From NCBI GenBank assembly GCA_965238075.1, contig OZ250173.1, positions 2,048,001 to 2,112,000 on the forward strand: a stretch of DNA of 64,000 nt, in the 5' to 3' direction. Below, one piece after another: positions 38,055 to 48,019 of this stretch (the stretch's first letter is position 1; every line of letters starts with the position of its first letter). This stretch comes from Candidatus Entotheonellaceae bacterium (GTDB lineage: Bacteria > Tectomicrobia > Entotheonellia > Entotheonellales > Entotheonellaceae). The translations under genes were made by a program, and so were the position numbers. Under the pieces are notes generated by a model. That model ran no database searches. It was not told the DNA's origin and saw only the letters and a list, made by a program, of their open reading frames with translations.

Positions 38055-39221
38055 TCACCGCGTCGGCTCAAACACCAGCGGGTAGCGCTTGAGACCGCGA
38101 AAGAGCGGGTTGTCGACGCGCTCGATGGTCCCGTTCGGATCGGGCTCCACGCGGTGCATGCGGCGTAGGATCGTCTCCGTGGCGACGCGTGCTTCAAGCC
38201 GCGCCAGCGGGGCGCCCAGGCAAAAGTGAATCCCGATGCCGAATGCCAGATGCCGGTCGATATGGCGTTCAATATCAAAGCGATCCGGATCCGGGAACAC
38301 CTCCGGGTCGCGATTGGCAGAGCCCCAGAGCAGCAGGACCTTGCTGTCGGCGGGGATTGTCACGCCCCGAACGTCAACCGCTTCCGTGGTAGTGCGGAAG
38401 GTGCCCTGGATGGGCGAATCGTAGCGCAGCACCTCTTCAATCATGCTGTGGATGAACTGGGGCTGCTGGCGTACCTTCAAGCCCTCTGCGGCATGCGTGA
38501 AGAGCGCCAGGGCGCCGTTGCCGATCAGGTTGGTGGTGGTTTCGTTGCCCGCCACGAGCAGCAGCAGGCAGGCGTTGAGAAGCTCGCTCAGGGTGAGCGC
38601 GTCGCGCTCTTCCTGGGCGAGCACCAGCGCCGATACCAGATCCTCCCGCGGCGCGCGGCGACGCGCTTCAATCAACCCCACAAAGTAGGCCTTGAATGCC
38701 TCCCAACTCTCCATGTACTGCGCCATCCGCGCTTCGTTCTGTCCGGCCGCCACAATGTGGATGACGTCGTCGGACCAACGCTTGAAATCGTCCCGGCGCT
38801 CCGGATCCACGCCCAGCATCTCGGCAATGACGATCACCGGTAGCGGATAGGCCAGGTCCTGAACGAGATCAAACGCCCCTTCGTCAATCACCGCATCGAG
38901 CAGTTCGTCCGCAATCGCTTGAATACGTGGCTCCAACTGCGTCACCATGCGGGGCGTAAATGCCTTGCTGACGAGCTTGCGCAGCCGCGTGTGCTCAGGC
39001 GGATCCTGGGTAATCATGGACGCACCGGCTTGGCGATCCGGCCCAACGCCCTGAGCCGAGGAAAAAATCTCGGGCCGGCGTGCGGCTCCCTCGACATCCG
39101 CGTAGCGGCTCAGCACCCAGAAATCCAGTGCTTCGTTGTGATACACCGGGTGCTCGCGCCGCAGCCAGTCGTAGGCGGGATACGGGTTTTCCTTCACCTG
39201 GGGAGCAAATGGATCGTACAT
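38055..39221 (-). CDS. Cytochrome P450
   Basis: AGNETT, EEVLR, FGIGIHFCLG heme motif. Confidence 0.97.
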   Translation of the reverse strand: MYDPFAPQVKENPYPAYDWLRREHPVYHNEALDFWVLSRYADVEGAARRPEIFSSAQGVGPDRQAGASMITQDPPEHTRLRKLVSKAFTPRMVTQLEPRIQAIADELLDAVIDEGAFDLVQDLAYPLPVIVIAEMLGVDPERRDDFKRWSDDVIHIVAAGQNEARMAQYMESWEAFKAYFVGLIEARRRAPREDLVSALVLAQEERDALTLSELLNACLLLLVAGNETTTNLIGNGALALFTHAAEGLKVRQQPQFIHSMIEEVLRYDSPIQGTFRTTTEAVDVRGVTIPADSKVLLLWGSANRDPEVFPDPDRFDIERHIDRHLAFGIGIHFCLGAPLARLEARVATETILRRMHRVEPDPNGTIERVDNPLFRGLKRYPLVFEPTR

Positions 39222-39626
39222 GTGAGCACCTCCACGGGTAAGCGTTCAGAGCGTCGAAACAGAGAGACGCAACCCCCCTTGCCCCCTCATCGGGAATTCT
39301 TGAAAGCCTTGCGCGGTCAAAACAACGCCGCCGCCGAAGCCCCCTGACAAGGGGGTTGGGGGGTTACGCCAGCGGCAGCCCCGCGGCTCGTGCGCATGTC
39401 TTTGCCCATAGGGTGCCAATCCATCTTGAGCCGCTCTATTGCTGCCGGCAACTCACAGGCTCAGCGAGAAACTCCCGGCAAAATTTGGGGTCGTATTGCC
39501 CCTTTCCCCGACGCCCCGCACGGCTGCGCCAGCGAAAAGCAACCGCCACAGCAAACCGAGCACCAAGACCTGCGTTGAAGGTTGTCAACCGCCTCCTGCT
39601 TGAGTCGTCTTTGCGACGCAGACGGG

Positions 39627-42008
39627 TTAGCCTCCCGTTCGAGGTGGCGCCGTGCCCGGCTTCGGCCGGATCAGCCACGCGCCGAGCGACGGCAGCAGCA
39701 CAATGGCGCCGATCATATTGACGAGGAACATGAAGGTCAGCACCGTGCCCATGTCGGCCTGAAGCTGGAGCGGCGCCACGATCCAGGTCGCCACGCCGGC
39801 CGCCAGGGTGAGGCCGGTCAGCACCACCGCGGCCCCCGTGGTGGCAAGGGTCCGTACATAGGCGGTCGCAAAGTCGAGGCCCTCCGCCAAGTGGAGGCGC
39901 AGCTGCCCGTAGATATAGATGCCGTAATCGACGCCGATGCCGATGCCGAGCGCCACCACCGGCAGCGTGGAGACCTTCAGCCCGATCTCCAGCGCCGCCA
40001 TCAGCGCATAGGCGAGCAGCGAGACGGCGGCGAGCGGCACGACGATGCACACCGTTGCCGCCAGCGATCGGAAGAAGATCAGGCACAGGATGATGACCGC
40101 GGCGTAGACGTAGCCGAGAATCGGGAATTGCGAGGCCGACACCTCCTCGTTCACCGCAGCCATGACGCCGACGTTGCCGGAAGCCAGACGGAAGACGATC
40201 TCCTCGTCCGCATTGGCGGCGTTGAAAGCCTTGACCGCGTCGACAATGCTCTCAATGGTCACGGCCTTGTGATCCGTGGTGTAGATCATCACCGGCATGG
40301 CGCTGCAATCGGCGTTGAGCAGGCCGCTGCTGGTCGGCACGTACGTTCCGGTTTGTGCCAGCACGTACGGATCGCGCGGCACGGTCCGCCATTTGAGGCT
40401 GCCTTCCTTCAGGCCGGACGCGACCTTGCGGACGGCGCCGCTCAGCGCCGCCACGGATTGCACGCCCTCCACGTTGCGCAGGTGCCACTCGAAGCGGTCG
40501 AGGGTGTTCATCACCTCATAGTCGATGCAGCCTTCCGACTTGGTTTCGGCGATAACCGTGAAGACGTCGACGCCGATCTCAAACCGCTCGCCGATGGCTG
40601 CGGCATCGAGGTTATATGTGGAGGTTGGGCGCAGTTCCGGCACGCCGTGATGCTGATCGCCAATGCGCACCATCGGCGCATAGGAGGCGCCGACGATCAT
40701 CAGGACGGCGGCCAGGCCGATGGTGACGAGGGCGGGGCCGCGCCGTGCCACGCCCGCAAAACGGGTCCACAGCGGCGCTAAGCGTCGGTCGCGCTCAAGG
40801 GCTGCCTCGCGCTGCCGGGCGTTAACCGTGACGTAAGAGAGCAGGACCGGCAGGAGTCCCAGATTGGTGAGAATGATGGCGGCGACGCCGAGACTGGCGG
40901 CAATCGCAATTTCCTGAATCACCGGCACCTTGATGAGCGAGATGGTCACAAAGCCCACGGTGTCGGAGGCGAGCGCCACGGCGCCGGGCAGCAACAGGCG
41001 GCGCAGGCTGTCGCGCGCGGCCGGGAGCGGCGGCGCGCCGCCAATCGCTTCGGCGCGTACGGCGCTGACCATCTGCACGCCGTGGCTGACCCCGATGGCG
41101 AACACCAGGAAGGGCACGAGGATGGAGATCGGATCGATGCCGAAGCCGAGGCCGGCGAGGGCGCCAAGCTGCCACACCATCGCAATCAAGGCACAGGCGA
41201 GCAGCATCGCGGTGAAGCGCAGGGAGCCTGCATAGACGTAGACGAATAAAGCCGTGATGACAAAGGTGATGACGAAGAACAGCACGACGCGCACCGCGCC
41301 CGCTGCGATGTCCCCCACCACCTTGGCGAAGCCGATGATGTGCAAATCCGCGACGGCGTTGCCCCCGTCGGGCGCGCCTGCCTCGGCGCGAATGCGTTCG
41401 AGTTCTGCCGCGACGGTGAGGTAGTCGAGCTTGTCGCCGGTATTGGGGTCGAATTCCTGCAGCTTGGCGCTGACCAAGGCGCCGGAAAAGTCATTGGCAA
41501 CCAGGCGGCCGACGACACCGGCCTTGATGACGTTCTCGCGCACCTGCGCGAGGCTTTCGTCGGTCGGCTTGAAATCCGACGGCAAGACATCGCCGCTCAT
41601 GAGGCCGTCCTCGATCACCTCGATGAAACGTACGTTGGGGGTGAGGATGGAGTAGACCTGGGTGCGGTCGACGCCGGGCAGGAAGAACACCGCGTCCGTC
41701 ACCTTGTGCAGCAAGGCGAAGAACTCGGGCGTGAACATGTTGCCGTCGCGTGCCATCACCGCCACGGCCACGCGGTCGGCGCTGCCGAATTCGTCGCGGT
41801 ATTCAAGGAACGTCTGCATGTAATCGTGTTCGACCGGCAGCAGCTTGCTGAAACCGGCGTCCACGCGTAGCCCGGTGGCCAACCACGCCAGCGCCACCGT
41901 GACCACCGCGAAGAGGGCGAGTGTCACGAGGCGGCGGCCAAACACCAGACGGTCGATGAGAGTGGCGATGGGATGCCCGTTTCCGCTTGTCGTTGCTTCC
42001 GCCATCAC
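39627..42008 (-). CDS. RND/MMPL family transporter
   Basis: Two TM repeats with large loops; AIGVSHG and GIGVDYG. Confidence 0.9.
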   Translation of the reverse strand: MMAEATTSGNGHPIATLIDRLVFGRRLVTLALFAVVTVALAWLATGLRVDAGFSKLLPVEHDYMQTFLEYRDEFGSADRVAVAVMARDGNMFTPEFFALLHKVTDAVFFLPGVDRTQVYSILTPNVRFIEVIEDGLMSGDVLPSDFKPTDESLAQVRENVIKAGVVGRLVANDFSGALVSAKLQEFDPNTGDKLDYLTVAAELERIRAEAGAPDGGNAVADLHIIGFAKVVGDIAAGAVRVVLFFVITFVITALFVYVYAGSLRFTAMLLACALIAMVWQLGALAGLGFGIDPISILVPFLVFAIGVSHGVQMVSAVRAEAIGGAPPLPAARDSLRRLLLPGAVALASDTVGFVTISLIKVPVIQEIAIAASLGVAAIILTNLGLLPVLLSYVTVNARQREAALERDRRLAPLWTRFAGVARRGPALVTIGLAAVLMIVGASYAPMVRIGDQHHGVPELRPTSTYNLDAAAIGERFEIGVDVFTVIAETKSEGCIDYEVMNTLDRFEWHLRNVEGVQSVAALSGAVRKVASGLKEGSLKWRTVPRDPYVLAQTGTYVPTSSGLLNADCSAMPVMIYTTDHKAVTIESIVDAVKAFNAANADEEIVFRLASGNVGVMAAVNEEVSASQFPILGYVYAAVIILCLIFFRSLAATVCIVVPLAAVSLLAYALMAALEIGLKVSTLPVVALGIGIGVDYGIYIYGQLRLHLAEGLDFATAYVRTLATTGAAVVLTGLTLAAGVATWIVAPLQLQADMGTVLTFMFLVNMIGAIVLLPSLGAWLIRPKPGTAPPRTGG

Positions 42009-42014
42009 GCCCGC

Positions 42015-43046
42015 CTATTCGATTCCGGAGAGGGGTTCTATACCGGATTCCCCAACCAGCACGACGCTGCCGTCGGCTGTTGCCAGGGCGGTGGATATAC
42101 CTCGGCGCGCGGGCAGGGGCCGGTACGAGACGCTGAGGCCGTTGTCACGGCTGGTCAGGAGGGCACCGGCGAGGCCGGTGATCAGCATCAGGTCGGGGTT
42201 CACCTGCACGAGGTCGGTCAGCGTCGCGGTCGTCCCGGTTTCGATCCGCGTCCAGCTCTCGCCCGCATCCTCGGAACGGAACAGACGGCCGCGAAGCCCC
42301 GCAACGAATACGGTATCGGCATCCAGCGCCAAGGCCCCGAACCATGAGCCGCTGTATGGGGAGGGCAGGGCGCGCCACGTCTCGCCGCCGTCGTCGGAGC
42401 GGTACAGAACGCCCGCTTCGCCAGCGAGAAAGAGCCGGCCGGATCCGGCCGGCGCAATGGCGTTAAGGTGGAAATCGTCCTCGAAATCGCTATCGTCGGC
42501 ATGGAGCAGCGGCGGCCCGGTTGCCGCCTCTGCGTCGCTTTCATCCCAGCAAGCGTTCCGGCAGGTCCAGGTGTCGCCGCCGTCCGCGCTGGCGAGGAAG
42601 GTGCCGAAAGCGCCCACCGCGAAGCCGCTGTCCGCATCGCGGAACCAGACATCAAGCAGCGGCAGTTGCGCTTGCGGCGCGTGGTGAACGAGTTGCCACG
42701 TCTCGCCGCCGTCGCGCGTGCGTAGGACGACCGCGTCGTGCCCCACCGCCCAGCCCGTTTGCGCGTCGTGCATGCGTACCGCCGTCAGCATGACCTGTAC
42801 CGGCACCTGTGCCTGCGTCCAGGTGGCGCCGTCGTCGTCGGACAACAGGACGTGGCCGCGCTCGCCCACCACGACCAGACGCGATCCGGCCATCGCTGCG
42901 TCAAGCAACAGCGAGGTTGCGGCAAAGCGGGACTCGACCGCCGCCCTCTGGGCCGCCGCGGGTGCAACCAGCGCCGCGCAGACGGTCAGGACGAGCCACA
43001 GCCCGAGGCCCTTGAGCAGAGCGGCTCGCTCTCGCCGGCCGCCCAA
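42015..43046 (-). CDS. YCF48-like BNR-repeat beta-propeller protein (start uncertain)
   Basis: VGERG, repeated S.DGG.TW Asp-boxes, signal peptide. Confidence 0.85.
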   Translation of the reverse strand: MGGRRERAALLKGLGLWLVLTVCAALVAPAAAQRAAVESRFAATSLLLDAAMAGSRLVVVGERGHVLLSDDDGATWTQAQVPVQVMLTAVRMHDAQTGWAVGHDAVVLRTRDGGETWQLVHHAPQAQLPLLDVWFRDADSGFAVGAFGTFLASADGGDTWTCRNACWDESDAEAATGPPLLHADDSDFEDDFHLNAIAPAGSGRLFLAGEAGVLYRSDDGGETWRALPSPYSGSWFGALALDADTVFVAGLRGRLFRSEDAGESWTRIETGTTATLTDLVQVNPDLMLITGLAGALLTSRDNGLSVSYRPLPARRGISTALATADGSVVLVGESGIEPLSGIE

Positions 43047-43048
43047 GA

Positions 43049-44413
43049 TCAGCGCCGACCTTCGCGGCGCAGGGCTGCCGGGGTGAAGTCGCGCGATTTC
43101 GTCACCACGTCCTGCGTGCACATCGGGAATTCGTTGTCGAGGCCGAGGGCGAGGTAACGTCCCGCCTGCAGGTCGGTATGCACTTCGAGCGTCGACCAGA
43201 TCAGCGGTTTTTCGTAATAGTTGATGACGTGCGCTTCCGACACCCGCCAGAGTTCGTCGCGGTTGTCGTAGATGTCGGCGAGCATGATCTGCCACGAATC
43301 CTCGTCGATATAGAGGGTGCGCCGTTTGTAGATGTGCCGCGCGCCCTCCTTGAGGGTTGCCTCGACCACCCACACCCGGTGCAACTCATAGCGCAGGTGC
43401 TCAGGGTTGACGTGCAGTGGGGTGAGGATATCGGTGAAGGTCAGCTGGTTGCTGTGCAGCTTGTAGGCGTTATACGGCACGTAGATTTCGCGCTTGCCGA
43501 TGAGCTTCCAGTCGTAACGGTCGGTGGCGCCGTTGAACATGTCGAACTGATCGGCGGTGCGCAGCCCGTCCGTGGTGGTGCCCGGGTTGTCGTAGGCGAC
43601 GTTCGGCGCCCGCCGCACCCGGCGCTGGCCGGGGTTGTAGGTCCAGGCGTTGCGCGGCTCGCGCACCTGGTTCATGGTCTCGTGCACCAGCAGGATGTCG
43701 CCGGCCAGCCGCGCCGGCGCCAGCACCTTCTGCTTGAACAGGATCATCGTGTTGTCGAGTTCTTCCTCGGTCATGCCCGGCAGCGAATAGCGCATCTCGA
43801 TTTCAAGGCCGTATTTGACGATCGTGTAAGCGCCGCCGCGGGTCACGGCGGCCTGGCCGACGGTGCAGGCGATCGTCTCGCCGCGGTAGCGCAGCAGGTG
43901 GTTCCAGACGGCTTCCAGGCCGTTGGCCGGGATCGGAAAGGGGATGCCGATCACCGCGCCGCCAACGCCGTTACCGTTGTCCACGAGCTGCGCAGTGGCG
44001 GCGATACGCCGTGTGGCATCGTAGATGCGCTGCGGCGCCGAGGCGCTGCGCCGGGTCGGATAGACCGGCAACTCGAAGGTCGCGTAGGTTTCCAGCATGC
44101 GCTGGTGTCCGACCGAGAGCTTGTCGCGATAGGCGTCAAGGTTGGCGGCGTTGATGACGACCAGCGGTTGGTCGCCGCCGTAGGGGTCGCGATGGTGCTC
44201 GCCGACAACGTAGCCGGCAGGCGGTGTGGTGATGCCGCCGGTCCATTCCGGAATGGTGCCTTCGGCGTTGCCCGCCCGCTCCCCACCGAGGGGCGTGAGG
44301 TCGCCGCCGAGCCGCGCGATCTGGTCAGCTGAGATCTCGGCGGCAGCGGGGCAGGCGAGGGCGCCCGCGAGGGCAAGCGCGGCCCCGAGGAGTCGAAGGG
44401 TCGATATCTTCAT
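43049..44413 (-). CDS. DUF1329 family periplasmic protein
   Basis: LTPLGGERAGN..GTIPEW.GG, PFPIP, PGQRRVRRAP, RYELHRVWVVEA. Confidence 0.9.
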   Translation of the reverse strand: MKISTLRLLGAALALAGALACPAAAEISADQIARLGGDLTPLGGERAGNAEGTIPEWTGGITTPPAGYVVGEHHRDPYGGDQPLVVINAANLDAYRDKLSVGHQRMLETYATFELPVYPTRRSASAPQRIYDATRRIAATAQLVDNGNGVGGAVIGIPFPIPANGLEAVWNHLLRYRGETIACTVGQAAVTRGGAYTIVKYGLEIEMRYSLPGMTEEELDNTMILFKQKVLAPARLAGDILLVHETMNQVREPRNAWTYNPGQRRVRRAPNVAYDNPGTTTDGLRTADQFDMFNGATDRYDWKLIGKREIYVPYNAYKLHSNQLTFTDILTPLHVNPEHLRYELHRVWVVEATLKEGARHIYKRRTLYIDEDSWQIMLADIYDNRDELWRVSEAHVINYYEKPLIWSTLEVHTDLQAGRYLALGLDNEFPMCTQDVVTKSRDFTPAALRREGRR

Positions 44414-44425
44414 GATTCATGGCCC

Positions 44426-46312
44426 TCAGAATGAGTATTTGACGGTGGCGGAGACGAAGTCGCGGTCGTGCAGCTCGTTTCTCCTGCCGCCGTACGTGGT
44501 GAAATTGAGGTCAGCCTCCCAGCGGCTGAGATAGCCGGCGCGCACCCCGAGGGTCAGCGCGGTGCGGCCTTCCACGAACGAGCCGCCGGGTGCCGGGCTG
44601 TTGCCGCCGACGTCATGCTGGAACTGCAGGTATGGGAACAGGTTCACCGCGCCGACGGCGTTGTTGTAGTCGAGACGCGTCGCCAGCCGGTAGCCCCAGG
44701 AGGTGGCTTCGGCGTCGCTGCTGTTCGTGGCGGGGTCGTTGTCGGGCTCGCCGGCGGGGCTTTCCAGGGGCAGTACGTCGTTGTCCGGCATGCCATGCAC
44801 GCGCATCAGCGCTGCCTCCGTCACGAACGCCCCGCTGTCCGATCCCAGGACAGGGCCGAACACTTTGGTGGCAGTGGCCTGGACCTGGCTCACGTCGCGC
44901 AGGATATAGCCGCGGCCGGGGCCGTCCGAGTCATACTGGCTGGCGGCAGCCTTGTCGGCGATGCACGCGAGGCCGGTCGCCCCCGCCGCCAGACAGTCGG
45001 TGAACGGCGCCAGGGCATTGGCGAAGACCTTGCGTTCCGCGAGTTGCAGCGGCGCATCCTGGCGGAAGGAGTATTCGCCCTGCAACGCCCAGCCCGTCGT
45101 TCCGACCTCGGTACTGAAGCTGCCCCCGAGAAGTTGGATATCCTCCACATACTCGATGAAGTAGTACGCATTTTCAGTGTACATGTTGATGCCGATGGGC
45201 GCGGCCAACTTGGCTGTCTGTTCGCCTGCGCTTGCAGCCAGCTGGAGAAGGTGGGTGAGGCCGGCCTCAGCATCCGTTTGGGTCCCGGTGTGACCGCTGA
45301 CGACCGGCAGACGACTGTGGTAGTTCATGTAGTAAAAGCCGAATTCGGTATTGTTCAACGCCTCGGCGAGATAGCGGAACGTGATCCCCCACTGGCCCGA
45401 GTCGTCCGGCTCGTGGTCCACACTGCGCTTCGCGGTCAGGAAGTTGGGATCCGGCATAACGCCAAGGGCGGCGAAAGGATTATTCTCCGCGGTCAGGCCC
45501 ATATCGCCGAGGTCGAGGCCGAGTAGGGCGATCACCGCCTTCTCCGCACCCGCGCCAACATAATCGGTGACCGAGAAGTAGGTCCCGACCGGGTCGATCT
45601 TGGTGTTCTCCCAGTCGAGCTGATAGAAGCCTTCCACCGACAGCGTGTCAGTCAGCCCCACCGAGGCCGAGACCAGCGAGACCGGCATCAGCGCCTCACG
45701 CAGCTCCGAGCCCGGCAGCCGGAGCTTGCTCACGTCGAACGGGTTGATGGCGTTGATGCCGTTCTGGATGAACGTGCTCTCGCCCCAGTTGAGCACGTGG
45801 CGGCCGAGGCGTAGGTCGATCGCAACGTTTCCAACTTCAAACGCGCCGGTGAGGTAAGCGTCGAGCAAAATGATGTCCTGTCCCACCAACTCCTTCGCCT
45901 CATCGCTCAGGGGGGTGCGTTCCCGCGCGCCGTTCTCATTCTCGAAGTCGAGGAAACCGTTGATACGCAAGAAGGCGCCGAAGTTGCGGTAGCCGAGATC
46001 GAGATCACTGGTGAATTTGGAGGTGTTGCTGACGAGGCCGCGGCTGTAGTTGAGGTTGCCGTCGTTGCCGTTGACGTCGCTGGTCAGAAGGTCATCCTGC
46101 TTCTGGATGCGGAAGGTCAGACCATGCGAGAGGGTGGTATCGAGGCTTAGATGCAACTCGCCGTGACCGAGCTCGGCCGCCAACGAGGGTGACGTGAGCC
46201 CAACGGCTCCGAAGGCATACAGACAGAGGGTCGCACCGGCCAGCGCGCGAAGCCCGCCAGGCAACAGGTTCGGTAGCATCTGGCGGCAACGATCGCGCCA
46301 TATTATGTACAT
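44426..46312 (-). CDS. DUF1302 family outer-membrane beta-barrel protein
   Basis: NDGNLNY, WGESTF, NYHSRLP, DRDFVS, C-terminal YSF. Confidence 0.9.
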   Translation of the reverse strand: MYIIWRDRCRQMLPNLLPGGLRALAGATLCLYAFGAVGLTSPSLAAELGHGELHLSLDTTLSHGLTFRIQKQDDLLTSDVNGNDGNLNYSRGLVSNTSKFTSDLDLGYRNFGAFLRINGFLDFENENGARERTPLSDEAKELVGQDIILLDAYLTGAFEVGNVAIDLRLGRHVLNWGESTFIQNGINAINPFDVSKLRLPGSELREALMPVSLVSASVGLTDTLSVEGFYQLDWENTKIDPVGTYFSVTDYVGAGAEKAVIALLGLDLGDMGLTAENNPFAALGVMPDPNFLTAKRSVDHEPDDSGQWGITFRYLAEALNNTEFGFYYMNYHSRLPVVSGHTGTQTDAEAGLTHLLQLAASAGEQTAKLAAPIGINMYTENAYYFIEYVEDIQLLGGSFSTEVGTTGWALQGEYSFRQDAPLQLAERKVFANALAPFTDCLAAGATGLACIADKAAASQYDSDGPGRGYILRDVSQVQATATKVFGPVLGSDSGAFVTEAALMRVHGMPDNDVLPLESPAGEPDNDPATNSSDAEATSWGYRLATRLDYNNAVGAVNLFPYLQFQHDVGGNSPAPGGSFVEGRTALTLGVRAGYLSRWEADLNFTTYGGRRNELHDRDFVSATVKYSF

Positions 46313-46659
46313 GGTTGATTCCTCATAAGGCTATTCGCTTTGGCAGCAAGTACGCTATCGTTCTTTACCCACAAAACTTAAACAAATACAAGGCGAACGG
46401 GGTTGGTGTCAAGTTGGGATGTCTCTCATCAACAGCGGGTCCGGCAACAGATCGCACTGCTCATAAAGGTCCCCAATGTATCGCTTCAGCCATTTCATAC
46501 GGCAGATTGAATCACAGTCGCTCCGCCTTGGGCGTTTCCTATTTTCGTAGTGAGGACTGCTGCCAGCGAAGAATTGCATTGGCCAGCAGCATCCATGCGG
46601 CGTATACTGAGTGCCATTCGTTATTCCAGTAGCTCTCCAGTAGCTGTGAGGAGGTCGTA

Positions 46660-46872
46660 ATGTTCGGTCTAGGCGTGCAAGAACTGGTTATCATCCTCGC
46701 CATTGCCATGCTGTTTTTCGGCGGCAAGAAGATCCCGGAGATCGCCAAGGGCTTGGGCAAAGGCATTCGGGAATTCAAGACGGCCAGCGAAAAGGTGACG
46801 GACGACGTGACGGACGCAATCGAAGACGGTGGGGACGAGGAGTCCAAGAAGGTCGAAAGCAAGACGTCGTGA
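46660..46872 (+). CDS. tatA: Twin-arginine translocase TatA/E
   Basis: [28 protein letters not shown]. Confidence 0.95.
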   Translation: MFGLGVQELVIILAIAMLFFGGKKIPEIAKGLGKGIREFKTASEKVTDDVTDAIEDGGDEESKKVESKTS

Positions 46873-47023
46873 CGTGACGTGACGTACCGCCGGTCCGCCT
46901 AACCAGAAAGCTCTTCAGAACGTGCTGTCGAGTCTCTCCGTGGTCGCGCCAAGGGAGTGTTGACGTGGTTGCTTGCCGGCCTTGGTCCGCCCCATCCTGC
47001 GGTTGGGTTATGGTGATGACGGT

Positions 47024-47974
47024 ATGTCAATGACGTCCGGTTCCGCCCTGCAATGGGCGCCGGAATGTGTGCCACAGCACGTCGAGGCCATCGAGGCGGC
47101 CAACCGCCTGTTCGGTTGCGTGCGTCAAGCCTCGCACAGGGTGTACCCGGATTCCGGGGTGCGCCCTTTTTTATTGCGCGGCACAGGCGCCCCCCTGGCC
47201 GTGGGCGGCGCTATGGCTGTCTACAAGCTGACCGTGCACTGCGGTCGGCATGCCTATCCCCTGGTCTGCAAAATTCCCCACCAACGGCGTCTCGTGTATA
47301 CGGCAAACGCCGACGCGCAAGCCCAAGATGACGCCACTTCTGGCCTTCTCGATACGCTCGCGGACCTTGCCGACACCGTGAACCGTCGTGTTGACGGGGT
47401 GTTTCCGCGCTGCGGCGGCGTGTGGCATTGGCGCGATGACGCCGGCGTGCCGCGCCATCTGCTCATCGAGGCCTTCATTCCTGGTGTGTCGGTAGAGCGG
47501 CTGTTGCTTCAGTACGAACAGCGGTTGCTGGCCGGCGAGCTGGACGCCGCCGCATACGCGCGGCTTCGAACCAGCGCCGAGCGGCTGGCGGTGGCGACCT
47601 ACGTGCGGCTGTGGGACGCCTTGGGCCGACGGCTGTTTACCTCCGATCCCAGTCCGTGGAACGTTCTGGTACGCCATGCCGATGCAGCGGCGGACGGGGC
47701 CGGGAGCGCCACCATCATCGATCTGCACAGCTTGCAGGAAGACGCCGGCTTTCCATACGTGGTGCAGCGGCTGGCCGCCGTGTATGGGCTGCGTGAGGAG
47801 GTGCTGGAGCGGGCGTTGCTTCCCGGTATTGTTGAGGCCGTGGGCCAGGAAGAAGGGCGGCGATTGCTGCTGGACAGCCTACCCTGCCTGGAGGCCGCTG
47901 CCGAGCAGGCGCGCCGCAACCTCGGCGTCGATACCCTGCAACTGCTGCTGCGGCTGATCCGGCGTATGGGATAG
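47024..47974 (+). CDS. Hypothetical protein with protein-kinase-like motifs
   Basis: LVCK, LIEAFIPG, SDPSPWNVL, IIDL in kinase order. Confidence 0.55.
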   Translation: MSMTSGSALQWAPECVPQHVEAIEAANRLFGCVRQASHRVYPDSGVRPFLLRGTGAPLAVGGAMAVYKLTVHCGRHAYPLVCKIPHQRRLVYTANADAQAQDDATSGLLDTLADLADTVNRRVDGVFPRCGGVWHWRDDAGVPRHLLIEAFIPGVSVERLLLQYEQRLLAGELDAAAYARLRTSAERLAVATYVRLWDALGRRLFTSDPSPWNVLVRHADAAADGAGSATIIDLHSLQEDAGFPYVVQRLAAVYGLREEVLERALLPGIVEAVGQEEGRRLLLDSLPCLEAAAEQARRNLGVDTLQLLLRLIRRMG

Positions 47975-47989
47975 GGGCCGGTTTGGAAC

Positions 47990-48019
47990 GTCGGGTTACG
48001 TTGCGCTAATCCAACCTAC
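47990..48019 (-). repeat. GTAG-type REP element, copy 3
   Basis: Minus strand GTAGGTTGGATTAGCGCAACGTAACCCGAC. Confidence 0.85.

Noticed and set aside
39403-39418. Possible sigma54 promoter (TGGCAC-N7-GC) for the P450
   Set aside because: The -12 element lacks the conserved TT and no activator is evident.
46868-46885. CGTGA x3 microsatellite at the tatA stop
   Set aside because: Too short and mostly outside the coding region; no evident function.
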